Source: Octopus bimaculoides (Eukaryota). From it: DNA of 64,000 nucleotides. The notes beneath the pieces are model-generated. The model saw nothing but the letters and a program-made list of their open reading frames with translations, did not search any database and was not told the origin of the DNA. This document shows positions 1-12,734 of this stretch, one piece after another. The stretch spans positions 73,340,814 to 73,404,813 of the forward strand of contig NC_068986.1 of the NCBI RefSeq assembly GCF_001194135.2. The letters are read 5' to 3'. Made by a program: the position numbers and the translations under genes. Every line of letters starts with the position of its first letter. Position 1 is the stretch's first letter.

Positions 1-299
1 CGTTAAACGATGATGAAGATTTACATAGATGTAAAAGCAGCGAAGGGTCAGAAATTGTATGCCTTGCAATGTTTGGTTACATCTCTGTATGTTCCAATTT
101 GGACTCCTTCTCTGTGTCCATTAAGTCTTTCATAGGTCCAGAAATCAATGAATTACGTAGTGAGTCTATTTAGTTGATTGATGTGCCTTTCAAAGCTTTT
201 TAAAGTCATTATATGTAATCACCAGATCAACAGATAAATATATACTATGCCATATTTTTGTAGTTACCAACTAAATATACATTGTATCCTTATGTATGT

Positions 300-626
300 G
301 GTTTGGTCAATAAGTATCCAGACTGTTGCTATAGTAACAAAGCTAAAGCACACAGAGTGAAGCTGATTGGCACAGATCGACCTTGAACTCTGCTGTGCAT
401 GTGCATTAAGCTTTAATGTTCTAGCTCACTTCTGCTGTTTACAGTGATGGTCACATGCTACATACTTTCCTTCCAAGCACTGATGTAAACAGTGGAAGTG
501 AGCTAGAACATTAAAAGTTAGTCACATGCACAGCAGGGGTCAAGGTCAATCTGTGCCAAGTAGCTTTACTCTGTGTGCATTAACTTCGTTACTATGGCAA
601 CAATCCAGATACTTATTGATCAGACC
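300..626. repeat. Long inverted repeat (foldback/MITE-like), about 145-bp diverged arms with a 35-40 nt spacer
   Basis: Left arm ggtttggtcaataagtatcc...tcacttctgctgtttacagtg aligns to the reverse complement of cactgatgtaaacagtggaagtgag...atacttattgatcagacc. Confidence 0.85.
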
Positions 627-707
627 TCATATAGTTACCAATCAAATATTCACTATGTTCTTGTGTGTGTGTAGTTTACCAGTAAATATAAATTTTTCAG
701 TTATATT

Positions 708-925
708 CTTTTACTCTTTTATTTGTTTCAGTTATTTGACTGTAGCTATGCTGGAGCACCACCTTGAAGGGATTTTAGTCAAACAAATCTGCCTCAGGAC
801 TTATTTTTTTTAAAGCCTAGTACTTATTCTATTGGTCTCTTTTGCCAAACTGCTAAGTTACGGGGACGTAAACACACCAACATAAGTTGTCAAGCGATGG
901 TGTGGGGGGCAAACACTGACACAAA

Positions 926-984
<59 letters not shown>

Positions 985-1140
985 TGGGCTTCTTTCAGTT
1001 TCTGCCTAAAAAGTCCACTGACAAGGCTTTGGTTAGCTCAAGGCTATAGTTGAGGACATTTGCTCAAGGTGCTATGCAGTGGGACTGAACCTGGAACCAT
1101 GTGGTTGGGAAGCTCGCTTCTTACCACACAGCAACACTTA
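708..1140 (-). mobile_element. tRNA-derived SINE, family A (CORE-like, internal microsatellite)
   Basis: Reverse-complement copy of the family consensus seen at 1953-2390 and 19654-20056, with a central (CA)n. Confidence 0.8.
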
Positions 1141-1952
1141 CATATATATTTTATATATAGAAACTTAAAAAATGTTGTAACTGTTAGCCAAAATTAGCAA
1201 ATACTATGAGAGGTTACCCAAGTAAACTACTTCTTTCAGTTACGAAAGTAATCTTCCATGTAATATTTTCTATTAATTTCAGGGCCTGTAATAAGCTCAT
1301 AGTTCAAGAGCTGAAATAAGTTCCCATGTAGTATGATCTATTTAATTCAGGCACAGTAATAGGCTCTCTTATGTTACTTTGTATTTTGTTCAGGTGTTGA
1401 AGTCAGCACCCATGTGATACAACCTATTTAGTTCAGGCCCTGTAAAAGGATCTTATGCGGTATCAACCATATTTAAATGTTGTTTTACCAAATATAGTTT
1501 CATAGATGCTCCATGCTGTAAGTTTGCTAAAATGTTTTCTCTTGTTCTTTTACTTCCTCTAAGAAAGGCTTGAATGTCACAGGTTACTCCTTCAAATGCG
1601 GCAAAGCTTTAAATCTTCTTGATTGATTAAAACAAGATTACTAATTCATAGAAATTTTTATTACTATTTCATAGAAAGTTTGAGATTAAATTAAGTAAGT
1701 TGGGATGTGGAAGAGAGATAGGAGGGATAAAGATCAAAGGAGAGATAGCAGGAGATAAGGTATAGACCAGAGAATAAACAGGTGGGGAAAAAGTATGAAC
1801 CAAGAGATAGATTGGGTGGAGGGATAAGTTATGGCCCAGAGAAGAGATAGGGGTGGATAAGGATGAGAGATTTAGTAAACTGGGATTTTCAAGTTTGACC
1901 CCTATCTCATTCCACCTTATTTTACTCATAAAAATTGGTTTTTGTTTCATAG

Positions 1953-2167
1953 TACTCTTTTACTTGTTTCAGTCATTTGACTGCGGCCATGCTGGAGTAC
2001 CGCCTTTAGTCGAGCAAGTCGACCCCAGGACTTATTCTTTGTAAGCCTAGTACTTATTCTATTGATCTCTTTTGCCGAACCGCTAAGTTACGGGGATGTA
2101 AACACACCAGCATCAGTTGCCACGATGTTGGGGGGGACAAACACAGACACACAAAAACACACACACA

Positions 2168-2226
<59 letters not shown>

Positions 2227-2390
2227 GATGGGCTTCTTTCAGTTTCCATCTACCAGATCCACTCACAAGGCTTTGGTCAGCCCGAGGCTTTAGTAGAAGA
2301 CACTTGCCCAAGGTGCCATGCAGTGAGACTGAACCCAGAACCATGTGGTTGGTAAGCAAGCTACTTACCACACAGCCACTCCTGCGCCTA
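1953..2390 (-). mobile_element. tRNA-derived SINE, family A, near full length
   Basis: Minus-strand head taggcgcaggagtggctgtgtgg (A-box-like), ggttcagtc (B-box-like), ccttgggcaagtgtctt (resembles the CORE-SINE motif), central (AT)n, tail ending aaacaagtaaaagagta. Confidence 0.9.
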
Positions 2391-3469
2391 GCAAATATTT
2401 TTAGCACAGACACAAGATCACACACTAATGGTTGCACCTCTATTAGCTGAAGAAGATATCTGCTGATTGTGATTGTCAGCATTCTATCTTTTATCTTTGA
2501 CCTGTTTCAGTCATTAGACTACAGCCATGCTGGGGCTCTACCTTGAAGAATTTTTTAGTTGAATGAATCAATTCCAGTACTTTTTTTTTTAAAGTATAGT
2601 ACTTATTATATCAATTGCTTTTGCTGAACTGCTATGTTACAGGGACAAAACATACCAACACTGATTGTCTGATTGTCAAGCAGTGGTGGGGGACAAACAC
2701 AGACACAAAGACCCACACAGTGGTGGATTGGGTCTAAAAATTTTAGTTGCCAGGAGACTCAGGGGGCCCACCTGCAACTAAAATGCTATCATTTAATTTT
2801 TATAATGAATAAATAAAATTTTCAAAACATACATAAGTGGAAACAAAAAGGTGCAATTCAAATTTTGGTGAAAAAAAAATTGTATGTTTTTCATTAATTA
2901 CAATGTCCATGTACTGTACATACTACTGGCAGTATACAGTTATACCAATTGTAAATTCATAATGAACTTTTAAATAAATGTTTTGGTGAATATATAGTAT
3001 ACTGTTATTTTGAAAATAAAGACCAATAAATCTATAAATCAATTTCATTATTTTTAATGAAGACTTTTTACTGTCAAAGAGATAGCTATGTTTTCTTATG
3101 AAAATCATGGCATTGTAGCCAATATCATATCTTCATATATATACATCATTTGTTTGTTTGTTTGCTCTTTGCAAAAGAGATTTCTTTCAAACAGCTTGTT
3201 CATATTTTGTTTTTAATTAAACGTACATATGCCAAGAATTCTATCGCCACCACTTTGATTGCTCCTGCAATAAAGTATAAATTTACATGATTTTGATTTC
3301 TTCTAGTTTTAATATTATTTTTCCTTCTATTATTCTTTTTTCCTTGCTCTTGCCATTACTTTTTTTTTTATAAAGCCCTTATAACATTTTCAAAATAGCA
3401 GTATATTATACATGTACCAAGTTTTTAGAATTTTAAATAATTGGTAGATATTTTAAAATTGTTTACTTG

Positions 3470-3966
3470 TACTCTTTTACTTATTTCAGTCATTTGACTG
3501 TGGCCATGCTGGAGCACCGCCTTTAGTTGAGCAAATCGACCCCAGGACTTATTCTTTGGAAGCTCAGTACTTATTTTATCAATCTCTTTTGCCGAACCGC
3601 TAAGTTACGGGGCCGTAAACACACCAGCATCGGTTGTCAAGCGATGTTGGGGGGACAAACACAGACACACAAACACACATATATATATATATACATATAT
3701 ACGACGGGCTTCTTTCAGTTTCCGTCTACCAAATCCACTCACAAGGCTTTGGTCGGCTCGAGGCTATANNNNNNNNNNCATATATATATATATACATATA
3801 TACGACGGGCTTCTTTCAGTTTCCGTCTACCAAATCCACTCACAAGGCTTTGGTCGGCTCGAGGCTATAGTAGAAGACACTTGCCCAAGGTGCCACGCAA
3901 TGAGACTGAACCGGAACCATATGGTTGGTAAGCAAGCTACTTACCACACAGTCACTCCTGCACCTA
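3470..3966 (-). mobile_element. SINE family A copy spanning a 10-N gap with duplicated sequence on both sides
   Basis: Same consensus; about 90 bp before the gap recurs after it. Confidence 0.85.
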
Positions 3967-4037
3967 GTACTGCACATATTACACATTAATAGATAGTTCA
4001 AATGTACAAAACATGCAGTCCACTATATTAAGAGTGC

Positions 4038-4225
4038 TTATTTGTGTTCACTAGATGATCGTGCAAATCTGTCAATAATTGGTGTATGTGGTGGTTGTGG
4101 TATTATAAAATCTGCAATAGAACTGCACCACTTGGCTGACTCCTGCCTTTCTGCTTCTTGTTGCTCTTTGTGTTTCAGTGATCCAGATTTGTTTTTACTT
4201 TTCCATGCTGTTAGAGGTAATATTC
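4038..4225 (-). CDS. Candidate terminal coding exon of an unidentified gene
   Basis: Acceptor ttttaatatcag, then 61 open codons (ILPLTAWKSKNKSGSLKHKEQQEAERQESAKWCSSIADFIIPQPPHTPIIDRFARSSSEHK*) in non-repetitive sequence; no homology recognised. Confidence 0.3.
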
Positions 4226-6273
4226 CTGATATTAAAATTTAAAACTTAATTAAAAATACCTTACACTGGAAAAAATGAACATTTACAAATTTTCATACAT
4301 AAATACTAATACATTATTAGGATTACTAGAATAAATATACTAGGATTATATATTTAAAAAATAATATTTTAGTTACTGTTTAACCATGTTGGTTGAATGG
4401 TTGACATAACTTAAAACCAGATATATAGTATTATTCACCCTCATAACTTTGAGTTATCATTTTTATGCAGGAGATAAAAGCCAAAATTTGAAACATTATC
4501 TCCTTAGATTTTTTTTCTTCATGAAATGGCTTGACAATGAGCAATAATTCTTAAAACCAAATATTTTAATCCTTTGGTGTCTGCATTATTTCTGCTCTAT
4601 ATACTTTCAATGTCTGAATTTGTAGGTAAAAAATGAAAATCAATATATTTATGCATTATGCAGTTAAGGAGAAGAAGTTATTGAGGTGGAGTTTCGGACA
4701 TCCACATAAGTTTAATTTTCTCTGTTTTGATGGGGATTTTTCCAATTTTATTTTTCACTAAGGCCTTCGAAATGATGTAGTGAAGGAGACTTTTTATGAA
4801 AAAAGTTTTAAAAATCTATTACTTTTTTCCACCTCACTCTCATCCTCCTGGCTGATATTAGGCCAATTTTTTGGCACTATGCACTTAGAAACCATGAGAG
4901 AAGCTTTTTTGGTTAAAAAAAAAACAAATTGTAAATATTTCAACCTAAAAGGTGTGTGATTTAAGGGAGATTTGGCTGTTGTTTCAAGCATATCTCACAA
5001 CTACATTCCTCATTTCTTTGTCACTGTCATATGTATTGATGTTTTTCAATCACTTTCTTCGCCAAAACACATTTTATGCAATGATGATGTGGAAGCGAAA
5101 CATGCATGGTACAAAGCAACAAAAAAAAAAAATTAGAAATTTAAATCCCACCCCCAGCCAAGCGAGGCTGTGTGTGTGTGTGTGTGTGTGTATATAAGAA
5201 AACATATTTACTGACAAAAAAGTATGCTATTAAAATAAATTGTTTTAGATATCTTTTTTAAATTACTGTGGATAAATTCCAGCACTGATCTTCTCAGCTT
5301 CTCCAATATTTTGAAATCATAAACAGAAACAACAAGGTGTGATAAAATCAGAAATTTTCAAACTTTTTTTTAATAGCATAAAATGTGCTTATATAGGGAG
5401 AAAAATACTGAAAAAAGGAGGGGAAGGGAGGGAGATGAGAAAAAAAATTTAGGCGTAGTGAAAATGAAATTGGAAAAACCACCACCAAAACAGAAAATCC
5501 ACCATGTTGATATTCTGTTCCAAAACTACCATTATTGAAATTAGATATTACTCATTTTGCCCCAATTTAGATATCATTTTTTTGAGAATGAAAAATTAAT
5601 CAAATTAGACATTAGGGTGGAAAAAATTGACATGGAATCTTACAGAGAAAAGAACATTAATTGTTCAACACCAAAAAATATCCAGATATTTTATTAACAA
5701 TCTCAATTACAATTGAGTTGAAGTTGAGGAAAAATTTCTTGTACCTGTCACCTGATTGTGTTTCGAAACAACTCTCTTAACTTCAACAACAACCTTACTG
5801 ACCAATTTTTACTCCCAAAGATGATGCAACAAAATAAATGATGCAATATTTGCAGTGTAATAATTTCAAACAGGCAAGAAGAAAATAAGAAATCAGAATT
5901 ACTTATTTTGCCCCACCCCCTATAGTAATTTCAAATGTTTGATGAATTAGAATAATACAAAATGAGGAAAAATAGAGACCAAAGAAAGAAGGGAAAAGGT
6001 TCAATTTAATGAAAAACATTTGAAGAGATACGCAATAATTCTACTCCACCACTAATGTTTTTAGCTATTGGGAGATGTAATACACACATACACACTCTCT
6101 CACGCATACATATGTCAATTATAATCTGCTTCTGGTTTTATTGCTTGTTGTGTGGAGGCTAATAACTGTTAGGCTCAACCCAATGCCAGCTAGGATGTTT
6201 GTGTGCTTATATATATACATATATATATATATATATCAAAAGGATGTGTTATGATACTATTCCACATATACAA

Positions 6274-6357
<84 letters not shown>

Positions 6358-6397
6358 CGTACATATATATATATATATATACACAAAGATGCATGTG

Positions 6398-6440
<43 letters not shown>

Positions 6441-7210
6441 ATATATGCATTAATATGTATATAAATTTAGTTACACTTTATCACCACTGACTATCTGTCT
6501 GCTGCATCATATATTTTGGTTTCTAATAATTCCCAAAGGAATTCTTTGACCAACTGCTTTGATTAATTGTTTTATTTGTTTTTTAAAATTCTTATTCTTT
6601 CACTAAGATTTCAAATATTTTCTTTGAAAGCAAAGTTTTTTTCATGGGCCCCTTACATACTAGCATGTCCCTCAGCCCATATATGGACTGTAATGTCTAA
6701 GGGTCCCACTTGCCATTGGACAAACTGACAACCTGCCATTGGGCAAGTCTGCCACTGCACACACACACACACACACACATATATACACATTATACATGCA
6801 CACATACATGCACGACAGGTTTCTTTCAGTTTCAGTCTACCAATTCCACTCACAAGTCTTTGGTTGCCTTGAGGCTATAGTAGAAGACACTTGCTCAAGG
6901 TGCCATGCAGTGGGACTGAACCCAGAACCATCTGGCTGGAAAGCAAGTTTATTACCACAGAGCCATGCCAGAGCCTATAACATGGAATAGACTATTATAC
7001 ACACATGTACACACACAAACACACATGCACCAACTATTACATTGTATCCTGAATTTGACTACACACACACACACACACACACACACAATTACATTGCAGC
7101 CTGTAAATAGAACTAGAGTGTTGATTCAATGGTAAGATGAGCCAAGATAATTTGAAAACTCTGAGTTGAGGTTGACTACCTTCTCTATCATTACAAGTAG
7201 AATTGAACAT

Positions 7211-7557
7211 TTGTTGGCACTCCGTTGCTTACGACGTTGAGGGTTCCAGTTGATCCGATCAACGGAACAGCCTGCTCGTGAAATTAATGTGCAAGTGGCT
7301 GAGCACTCCACAGACACATGTACCCTTAACGTAGTTCTCGGGGATATTCAGCGTGACACAGTGTGACAAGGCTGACCCTTTGAATTACAGGCACAACAGA
7401 AACAGGAAGTAAGAGTGAGAGAAAGTTGTGGTGGAGCCTCGTGGAGCTTTAGGTGTTTTCGCTCAATAAACACTCACAACGCCCTGTCTGGGAATCGAAA
7501 CCGCGATCCTATGACCGCGAGTCCGCTGCCCTCACTACTGGGCCATTGCGCCTCCAC
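7211..7557 (-). mobile_element. tRNA-derived SINE, family B, with an internal deletion of about 40 bp
   Basis: A-box tggcccagtag, B-box ggtttcgattcc, 3' end ggagtgccaacaa; 12-bp TSD agaattgaacat at 7199-7210 and 7558-7569. Confidence 0.9.
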
Positions 7558-8581
7558 AGAATTGAACATAACACTGCAAATTAATACTGTACAAAGGAGA
7601 CAGTCTCTATATGTTCACCTGACCTGACAGAAACAGCAGCCAAACCTCCCTCAATTTATACCTTAACATTTTAAAAAAGAAGATACATTAGACAATGTAG
7701 TTCTGAATGTATAAGAAAATGGGATGCTTATGGATGGGATATCTTTGATTATAGATCTGTTTGATCAGAGGTGACCTGGAGCTAACCATTACATCTAAAT
7801 AGACTGAATCATCTTGGGAATTAATGTCTTAACCACATACAACAGCACAGTGCCAATACTGTGATTTGAATGTCTCAACCTTTCACTTGTCCATTACCTG
7901 TCATCTGTTTCCCCTCTAAGTAATTGTCCCATGTCTTATTATACATGGACATTTGGTCTAGTAATATGCAGATTTTACACAGAAGAGGAAATAAACTTGT
8001 ATTCAGTTCTCATAATCTCAAGAGATTTTATTGACTTAAATGCAACAACCTTTGTAATAGAGAGAGCAGGTTATGGAGAAAATAAAAGTCTGAGATTGGT
8101 TGAAAAATTCAAGAAAGTGTCATTGATTAAGTGAATTGGTGCTATTTGCTGTTCATTGTAGTGTTAAAGACATCGATATAATGTTGTCAGTCAAGACTGA
8201 CTTTTGTGTTGTATTTAATGTTTCGGCAGAAAATATCTCATTCAGTCAATAATTTAAGCTTTAGATTTCCAAACCATTTCCAAACAGAAATTACTAATTT
8301 GATTGGCTGCTTAAAAATATTGTCTGTATTACTATTGACAGAAGAGATCGAATCTTAGAGGAAGTAGATATGGTGGTATTTTTGTTTTTCCAATCACATG
8401 GTTGGTAGTTTGCAACCCAACACCAACACCACACCATGTCTGTCTCAAAGACAACAACTTTCAATGACCTTGTTTTATGAGGTTTATCATATTCAGGGCC
8501 AGATTAAGACCCATAGAGGCCCTAAGCACTTAAAAGATTTTGGTGTCTCTCACCCCATCATCATCATCATCATCATCATCA

Positions 8582-8742
8582 TCATTGTTTAACGTCTGCT
8601 TTCCATGCTAGCATGGGTTGGACGATTTGACTGAGGACTGGAAAGCCAGAAGGCTGCACCAGGCTCCAATCTGATCTGGCAGAGTTTCTACAGCTGGATG
8701 CCCTTCCTAACACCAACCACTCAGAGAGTGTAGTGGGTGCTC
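8582..8742 (-). mobile_element. Family C element (RTE-type 3' tail / SINE) with (GAT)n tail
   Basis: Matches the 3' UTR of the RTE copy at 38040-38204; ends in (CAT)n on the plus strand. Confidence 0.8.
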
Positions 8743-9149
8743 ATATATATATATATATATATATATATAAGATAAGATTCAAGTATCAAGGTGTAGAAAG
8801 ATAGTTTCGAGCAGTCCATTGAAGACAACCTTCAGGAACAATACTGGTTTATTGACATAGAAAGTTGTAAGATTTTCCAGTATCAAAATTCAATAGACTA
8901 AAGGTGCCATGCAGTGGGACTGAACCCAGAACCATGTGGTTGGGAAGCAAACTTTTTACCACACAGCTACACCTAATTTCCACACCAAATTAAGCGAACA
9001 AGTTTGTTTGACTTACAAGAAATTGTTGCCAAATCTCCCTTGAAAATTACAACTTTACACTTAAAAAAGAAAGATGTCCTTGATATACAAAATGATGAGA
9101 GGATCTCAGCGGAGATGCCTTTGATCTAGGTACAAGCATGTTTGTGTGG

Positions 9150-9306
9150 TTAAGAAGGTCACATCCTAACCACATGATTCTGGAATCTGTCTTACAGCTT
9201 GGCACTTGGGTGTGTGCCTTCTACTATAGCCCCAGGCTGACCAATGCTTTATGAGTGGATTTGGTAGAAGAAAACTGTGTGGATGTCTGTTGTATGTATG
9301 TGTGTA

Positions 9307-9366
<60 letters not shown>

Positions 9367-9590
9367 AATGTGTGTGTGTGTTTTGTTTGTGTTGGTCTTC
9401 TCTGCCCCATTACTTGATAAAACTAGTATTGGTTTGTTCATGTCCTTGTAACCTAGAAACTCAGCAAAAGAGACCGATAGAATAAGTACTGGGGTTCATT
9501 CGTTTAACTAAACCCTTCAAGGCAGTGCCCCAACATGGCCACAGTTCAATGGCTGAAACAAGTAAGATATGAAATATAAAAGACAAAGGA
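9150..9590 (+). mobile_element. SINE family A, diverged
   Basis: Head, gagtggatttggtag, central (AT)n(GT)n and tail gctgaaacaagtaaga are recognisable. Confidence 0.7.
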
Positions 9591-9971
9591 CACCATCCAG
9601 TTTTCTTCAGTCTGTAAGACATGGAAGAGCGTTCTGAATCTTATGCAGAAGACCTTCGCATAAAGATTTTTATTGGATAATATGTAATTACTTAATTGGT
9701 AGAAGCTGTCACCAGACAAAAGTATGGGACTAGATTACATTCTAAAAGATTATTGATAAAAAGATTATTTATAAAAGATTATAGATGACTAAGTTGCACC
9801 TCCAGGTAATATTCAGGAAAATATTACAATATCATTAAATATCATCAAATTCACTGAATGTTGAAAACTTTTTCTTGATATGTATGTGTGTATTAGATAA
9901 TTCACTGATACACATTTACACAGGCACTCATGTGTGTAAATATATGTGTGTGTGTGTATATATATATATAT

Positions 9972-10156
9972 ACTTTATTTAAAAGCAGCAGAAATATAAC
10001 AAAAAACTGTTACTCGGAGTTTCACGTTCCCGTTCATCGGACAGTTTTGTTATATTTTTGTTATATTTCTGCTACTTTTAAATAAAGCATATTACTCTAC
10101 CTCTGGTATTTGAGTACTCATTTTTCCACCTTGTTGCACATTTATGTGCTTACTCT

Positions 10157-10158
<2 letters not shown>
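9972..10158 (-). mobile_element. About 190-bp hammerhead-bearing element (retrozyme/Penelope-like) between (TA)n tracts
   Basis: Arms 9973-10010 and 10041-10087 enclose a hammerhead core; unique 70-bp extension to 10158. Confidence 0.65.
10007..10044 (-). ncRNA. Minimal type I hammerhead ribozyme (U4C core variant)
   Basis: Minus strand CUGU-CCGAUGA-ACG GGAA CGU-GAAA-CUC C GAG-UA^ACAG: stems I, II and III all pair; GUA cleavage triplet. Confidence 0.75.
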
Positions 10159-10189
<31 letters not shown>

Positions 10190-10193
<4 letters not shown>

Positions 10194-11115
10194 GATCATC
10201 CCATGAATAATGCGGTTTTTTCAATTGCATGAATTAAAAGATGGAGGGGGACAGTATAAACTACCTGCATCAACTTGCTATAAAAGCAGGTAGTAATTTC
10301 ACCTTGTCCTTATTCTTAATGCAAGTTTTGAAGAGTGTAATTCGAATTTAGCAGTTATTTTTTCAAAGCTATAATGGAAGTGACAAAGGTGCATATTCAG
10401 CATATTTTGCTTCATGAATTCAATAAAGGCAACAAGGCAACAGAAAGTACAAGGATTATTAATGCAGTATATGAGGATCAGACAATAAGCATAAGCCAGT
10501 GTCAATGGTGATTCCAGAAATTCCAAGCTGGAAACTACAGCCTAGAAGATGAGCCTTGTCCTGGAAGATTTGCAGAGCTCAACAAGGATGTCCTGCAAAC
10601 CCTAGTGGTACAAAATCCCATCATAACTGTTGAGGAACTAGCAGAGAAGCTTGGATTTGGTCATTCAGCCATTCATTAACACCAGCACTAGAAGGAAAAC
10701 AACCATCGTTGGTTTCAAGATGAAAAGTATTCTTCCACCATGATAATGCTCAGCTACATATAGTGAGGATGACATTCCAAAAGCTGGAGCAGTTTGAATG
10801 GGAAATGATGCCTCACCCACCGTAATTGCCGGACATTGCCCCATCTGATTTTCATTTATTCCACAGTCTTCAAAAGCATTAGGATGGAAAAAATATGAAT
10901 TCTGTAGACGAGGTCAGAACAGTACTAGAGGAGTATTTTGTGTCATGGACAAGTGAATTTTGAAAGAGGAGCCTTGCAAGTTTACCAGATAGATGGAAGA
11001 GCATTGTAGAAAATGAAGGAGAGTATATTTTAGATTAAAAAAGAACTTTGTTTATCTTAATTTTAAAAAATTAAAGAAGTATAAAAAACTGCATTATTTA
11101 TGAGATGACTCACTA
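10190..11115 (+). mobile_element. Internally deleted mariner-family DNA transposon with pseudogenised transposase
   Basis: About 33-bp TIRs (tagtggatcatcccatgaataatgcggtttttt / aaaaaactgcattatttatgagatgactcacta) in TA context; N-terminus MEVTKVHIQHILLHEFNKG from 10374; C-terminus PHPP*LPDIAPSDFHLF...RWKSIVENEGEYILD* (YSPDLAPSDF-type motif) with stops. Confidence 0.92.
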
Positions 11116-11179
11116 TATACATACATACATACATATATGTATGCAAATGTTTGTATATATGTATGTCTGTCCATCTGTC

Positions 11180-11297
<118 letters not shown>

Positions 11298-11394
11298 ATT
11301 GAATTTTCTATCATGGGTCAGTACATTATATATATATATATAGATATATATATATATATATATGTCCCCTGCATCCCTCCTCAGTTGAGCATTC

Positions 11395-11636
11395 CTAATC
11401 TTGTGGGCTCATGGGTGCTGGTGCCACATAAAAGTACCCGTGCCAGAGCTGTGTAAAAGCACACAGTACACTCTGTAAAAATTGGTTGCTGTTAGGAAGG
11501 GCATCCGGCCATAGAAACCATTACAAAACAGACATGGAGCCCGAGCAGACTTCAACTGGCTGGTTCCTGTCAAACTGTCCAACCCACGCCAGCATGGAAA
11601 ACAGACGTTAAATGATGACAATGATGATGATGATGA
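11395..11636 (+). mobile_element. Family C element
   Basis: gtgccacataaaagtacc...aggaagggcatcc...ccagcatggaaaacagacgttaaatgatga. Confidence 0.75.
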
Positions 11637-12040
11637 TATAGCATACTGTCTAAGCGTGTGGTAAATAACATGTAATTGATGGTGTTAAAACCAAAGCAGT
11701 CTTGATCCTGTCAAGCTGCTTTCCATTTATATGATTGGATAATCGTTGGGCTTTATCGACTCGGCTCACTGAAGTTATTGTTATGAATTATGATTCATAA
11801 TATGAAATATGAACCACGAGTGTAAATTAATTTCTATATTTAAACTACGGTAGGGCCATTGACACAATAGATGTATATCAATGAGAAAGAGTGTAATCAG
11901 TGACTGCTGTTTATTCCATTCAGTTAAAATCTAAAATCTATGAATGAATGAATGACATATGGAAAAGAAAACCAGAGATGAGTAATCAACTTACCCACTT
12001 TGGAACTTTTTCCATATGTTCTTTGTGTCTGCATTTACAC

Positions 12041-12081
<41 letters not shown>

Positions 12082-12406
12082 TTTTTCTTCTACTGCAAAA
12101 ACTCTTTTAGCTGCATCACATATACAAATAATGTATACACTGAAACCTTTTTCTCACATGTTACTTTGAATCTTTCAGATAATGAAAGGCACAAAGTAAC
12201 ATGTGATCCTTTTTTCTTTTTCCCTTCTCTCCCCTTTATTTGTATTATGCATGTCAAAATTATCTTGTGAATACATACACCAATATAGTTTCAGTAAGAT
12301 TATAATATGAAAACATTTATGTGTAAATGTATTTTTTTTCTATTCTCTTATATATAAAAACAGAGAATAATACCCTTATGTTAAAAAGTTAAACTTGTTT
12401 TATTTA

Positions 12407-12445
<39 letters not shown>

Positions 12446-12734
12446 TTAATGCATTTTCAACCTTCTATTACTATATTTCCTACGTATATAAATTTATACT
12501 TTTTTATTGTTAACTAGTATATTCCTGGTTATGGCATACAATCAGTCAGAAAGTTGGCGTTGGTTTTGCATCTAAAATTGTACCAGGCAATGTAGACAAC
12601 TCATCAAACCTGTTGGCCAGAAACACACAGCCTCTTGACCAACATATATATATATATGTATGTGTGTGTGTATATATATATACACTTTTGGTGTGAATGT
12701 TTTTTATATGCCAGTTTTTACAATTCTGTAAATA

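Noticed and set aside
2718-3460. Possible hAT-type element starting cagtggtggatt...gggggccc
   Set aside because: No matching right end, TSD or clear transposase motif found
4794-4991. Minus ORF as an exon
   Set aside because: Overlaps repeat sequence shared with 30840-31240 and a common dispersed repeat
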